37,183 nucleotides of DNA, taken from the NCBI GenBank assembly GCA_977017575.1, contig CDRNVI010000174.1, forward strand, positions 1-37,183, in the 5' to 3' direction. The DNA is from Paramoeba atlantica (Eukaryota > Protista > Discosea). The position numbers and the translations under genes were made by a program. Positions 34,519 to 37,183 of this stretch are shown piece after piece. Within the stretch, counting starts at the first letter, position 1; each line of letters opens with the position of its first letter. The notes under the pieces were generated by a model. It had not been told where the DNA came from and made no database searches. It saw only the letters and a program-made list of their open reading frames with translations.

Positions 34519-36240
34519 ATTCAAAAAAATTCAAAGATTTTTAATTGTTATTTTTATGGTGGGTGGTTTCAGGGTTTAAGGTTTTGGAAGAAAAAAAATC
34601 AAAAGAAGAAGAAAATCAACAAACATCAAACACCAATCCACCAATTTTTTCTTCTTGATTTTGATTCAAATATTAATTCTTTGAAAAAAAAAAGAATTGA
34701 CACAAAAAAACAACAATGAAAAGATGTCTTTTTATTTGGAACACTGATTTTTTTTTTGTTTTTTTTTTTTTGTTTTTTTTATTTTTGAAATGAAAAAGAG
34801 GATTTGGGTTTTGAGTTGTTCCAGTGATCCTTTTGTTGTGTTGTCCAATGTTTGGCAGTCTTGTGAGTATTAAGAGGGAAAGGAGAGGAAGAAGATGTAT
34901 TATGATAATGGCAAACTATGAAAGAAGGGGGGGGAGGAAAGAAGTGGTGTTAAGATGAGGAAAGATCATCTCACACAATAATTGATGCATGTGGTTGTTG
35001 TTGTTTGTTGTTGTTTGTTGAGAGAGTGAACATCAAGCTTTTCAGCAGTGATAAATCATTTCTTTTTGTTGGTTTGTTCTAATTTGATTATTATGAAAGA
35101 AGAGAGATATATTTTTATTGACTTATGTAATTAGTGATTTATTGAAGAGAATTAATTGACAGCATCCAAAGAGATTTAGGGTTTTGAAGGGAGGGGGAGA
35201 GAGAGAGCAAAAGAGACTCAAGAGAAGAGAAAGAAAGAGAAAGAGGTTTCAAGAAGGTTTTTTATTTTTTTTTTTTTTTTTTTTAATTTAAAACAACAAG
35301 ATAATATTTTTTTTATTTTATCTTTCAAAACACTAATTCAATATTCTTTTTTCTTTTTTTCTTTTTTTAAAGAAAGAGACAACAATGATAATATCACAGC
35401 AGGAGTTGAATATAATGAAGAGAAAAAAAAAGAAAAGATTAAGTTGAATACTCAATTTATTTTTTCTTTTCTCTCATTTTGAGTTTCAAAACAAATGAAA
35501 ATCAAGAGAAGAAGAGAGGGGGGTGGAGAGAGAGAGAAAGGGGTTTAAAAGTTGTGTTTCTTCTCTTTCTTCTTCTGATGTTTGAATAATATTGAGGAGG
35601 GTTAGAGTTTAAGCTTAAAAAAAGGTTTTTCTTTTCTTTTTTTGTTTCAAAGAATTCTTTTTATTATGAAAGATTAATTTATGGTTTTTTTTGAAAAAAA
35701 GAAAAACATTTTTGTTTTTGCTTGTTTTCTTTTTTTAGAGGTACACATGGAAAGACTAAGGTGTGGTGAGAAAGAGTGAGGACAACAATAACTTTTTCAA
35801 AAAGGTTTTTTTTGAATTTTTTTGAATGTTGGTTTAACTTTTTGTTTCACTTTCATGGTTAGAAAGAGCTTTTTCTCTTTTTGCTAAAAGAGTACACATG
35901 CAAAAACAAAGAGTTTTCTCTCTTTTTTCAAGTAACCAACAACACCAACTCAAACAAACAAGCAACACACACTCACTCCTCCCCCTCCCTCCTTTCTTCT
36001 CTGGACAACTGGTTTTTGAGGTATTATTTTCAACACTTTCCTTTGAGTGAATATTGTTTTTTGTTTTTATGAGGGTTTTCTGGTTTTCTGATTTTTGGTG
36101 ATGATTAAAAATGAATTTTAACTCTCTTTTTTTCTTATTGTTAGAAGAGACATGAAGCAGCTTAAGATAAGCATCCTTCCTCCCTTCTCCCTCCCCCCCT
36201 TCTCTAATCCTTCAGAAGAGAAGAGAATATTATCATGTGT

Positions 36241-36264
36241 TGTATTGTATTGTATTGTATTGTA
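36241..36264 (+). repeat. (TGTAT)n microsatellite
   Basis: Four perfect units plus TGTA. Confidence 0.85.
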
Positions 36265-36433
36265 CATTGTGTCTAGGTGTGTGGTGTGTGTGAATCAATA
36301 GAGTACACTCTTTATTTTTTGTTGGCCAGTATAGTGTAGTTCCACACTTTGGTGTGTAATCTTTCACCCAATTCAAGAAAATCATCCATCCACCATTTGC
36401 TCTGCTCTCCCTCCCCCAAAATAATACATATAT

Positions 36434-36456
36434 GCTGGCTGGCTGGCTGGCTGGCT
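36434..36456 (+). repeat. (GCTG)n microsatellite next to the telomere
   Basis: GCTGGCTGGCTGGCTGGCTGGCT. Confidence 0.85.
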
Positions 36457-36477
36457 TGTAAAAAGGGTTTATTCTAA

Positions 36478-37183
36478 TTAGGGTTTAGGGTTTAGGGTTT
36501 AGGGTTTAGGGTTTAGGGTTTAGGGTTTTAGGGTTTAGGGTTTAGGGTTTAGGGTTTAGGGTTTAGGGTTTAGGGTTTAGGGTTTAGGGTTTAGGGTTTA
36601 GGGTTTAGGGTTTAGGGTTTAGGGTTTAGGGTTTAGGGTTTAGGGTTTAGGGTTTAGGGTTTAGGGTTTAGGGTTTAGGGTTTAGGGTTTAGGGTTTAGG
36701 GTTTAGGGTTTAGGGTTTAGGGTTTAGGGTTTAGGGTTTAGGGTTTAGGGTTTAGGGTTTAGGGTTTAGGGTTTAGGGTTTAGGGTTTAGGGTTTAGGGT
36801 TTAGGGTTTAGGGTTTAGGGTTTAGGGTTTAGGGTTTAGGGTTTAGGGTTTAGGGTTTAGGGTTTAGGGTTTAGGGTTTAGGGTTTAGGGTTTAGGGTTT
36901 AGGGTTTAGGGTTTAGGGTTTAGGGTTTAGGGTTTAGGGTTTAGGGTTTAGGGTTTAGGGTTTAGGGTTTAGGGTTTAGGGTTTAGGGTTTAGGGTTTAG
37001 GGTTTAGGGTTTAGGGTTTAGGGTTTAGGGTTTAGGGTTTAGGGTTTAGGGTTTAGGGTTTAGGGTTTAGGGTTTAGGGTTTAGGGTTTAGGGTTTAGGG
37101 TTTAGGGTTTAGGGTTTAGGGTTTAGGGTTTAGGGTTTAGGGTTTAGGGTTTAGGGTTTAGGGTTTAGGGTTTAGGGTTTAGG
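36478..37183 (+). repeat. Telomere, (TTTAGGG)n, ~100 units, G-rich strand pointing to the window end
   Basis: Uninterrupted 7-bp repeat to the end of the sequence, with one TTTTAGGG variant near 36526. The orientation is that of a right chromosome end. Confidence 0.98.

Noticed and set aside
1-37183. A linear bacterial replicon capped by eukaryotic telomeres
   Set aside because: Everything after ~1090 has spliceosomal introns, eukaryotic genes and eukaryotic transposons. Only 1.09 kb is bacterial.
36478-37183. Assigning the host to land plants from TTTAGGG and a ~178-bp satellite
   Set aside because: The repeat is shared by several unrelated lineages, and intron style and gene content give no plant-specific support. 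Host identity was left open.

Overview
This window is almost entirely the right arm end of a chromosome from an AT-rich, intron-rich eukaryote (probably a protist; species not identifiable from sequence). It ends in about 100 TTTAGGG telomere repeats. Its first ~1.09 kb is bacterial DNA (partial lolC/E and lolD, gammaproteobacterial-like), fused abruptly into an intron of a host SEL1L/Hrd3-like gene. From left to right: (i) the bacterial lol fragment; (ii) a gene-dense block with a truncated SEL1L/Hrd3 homolog, a small SPRY-like gene, and a 19-exon gene for a lysyl-endopeptidase-like serine protease on a ~1000-aa Ser/Pro stalk with a C-terminal TM helix; (iii) a nested transposon cluster: a CpG-decayed Ty3/Gypsy gag-pol whose RT is split by a 2411-bp CACC-terminated TIR element with a TTC target duplication, a second end of that element, and a second gag relic; (iv) AT-rich decayed sequence and dispersed repeats; (v) a ~177-bp satellite of ~15 units; (vi) a probable 2OG-Fe(II) dioxygenase pseudogene; (vii) microsatellites and the telomere. 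Exon structures were assembled by eye from GT-AG sites and phase continuity, and family calls come from recognised motifs, not from database searches. Most long ORFs in the supplied track are artefacts of low-complexity sequence.
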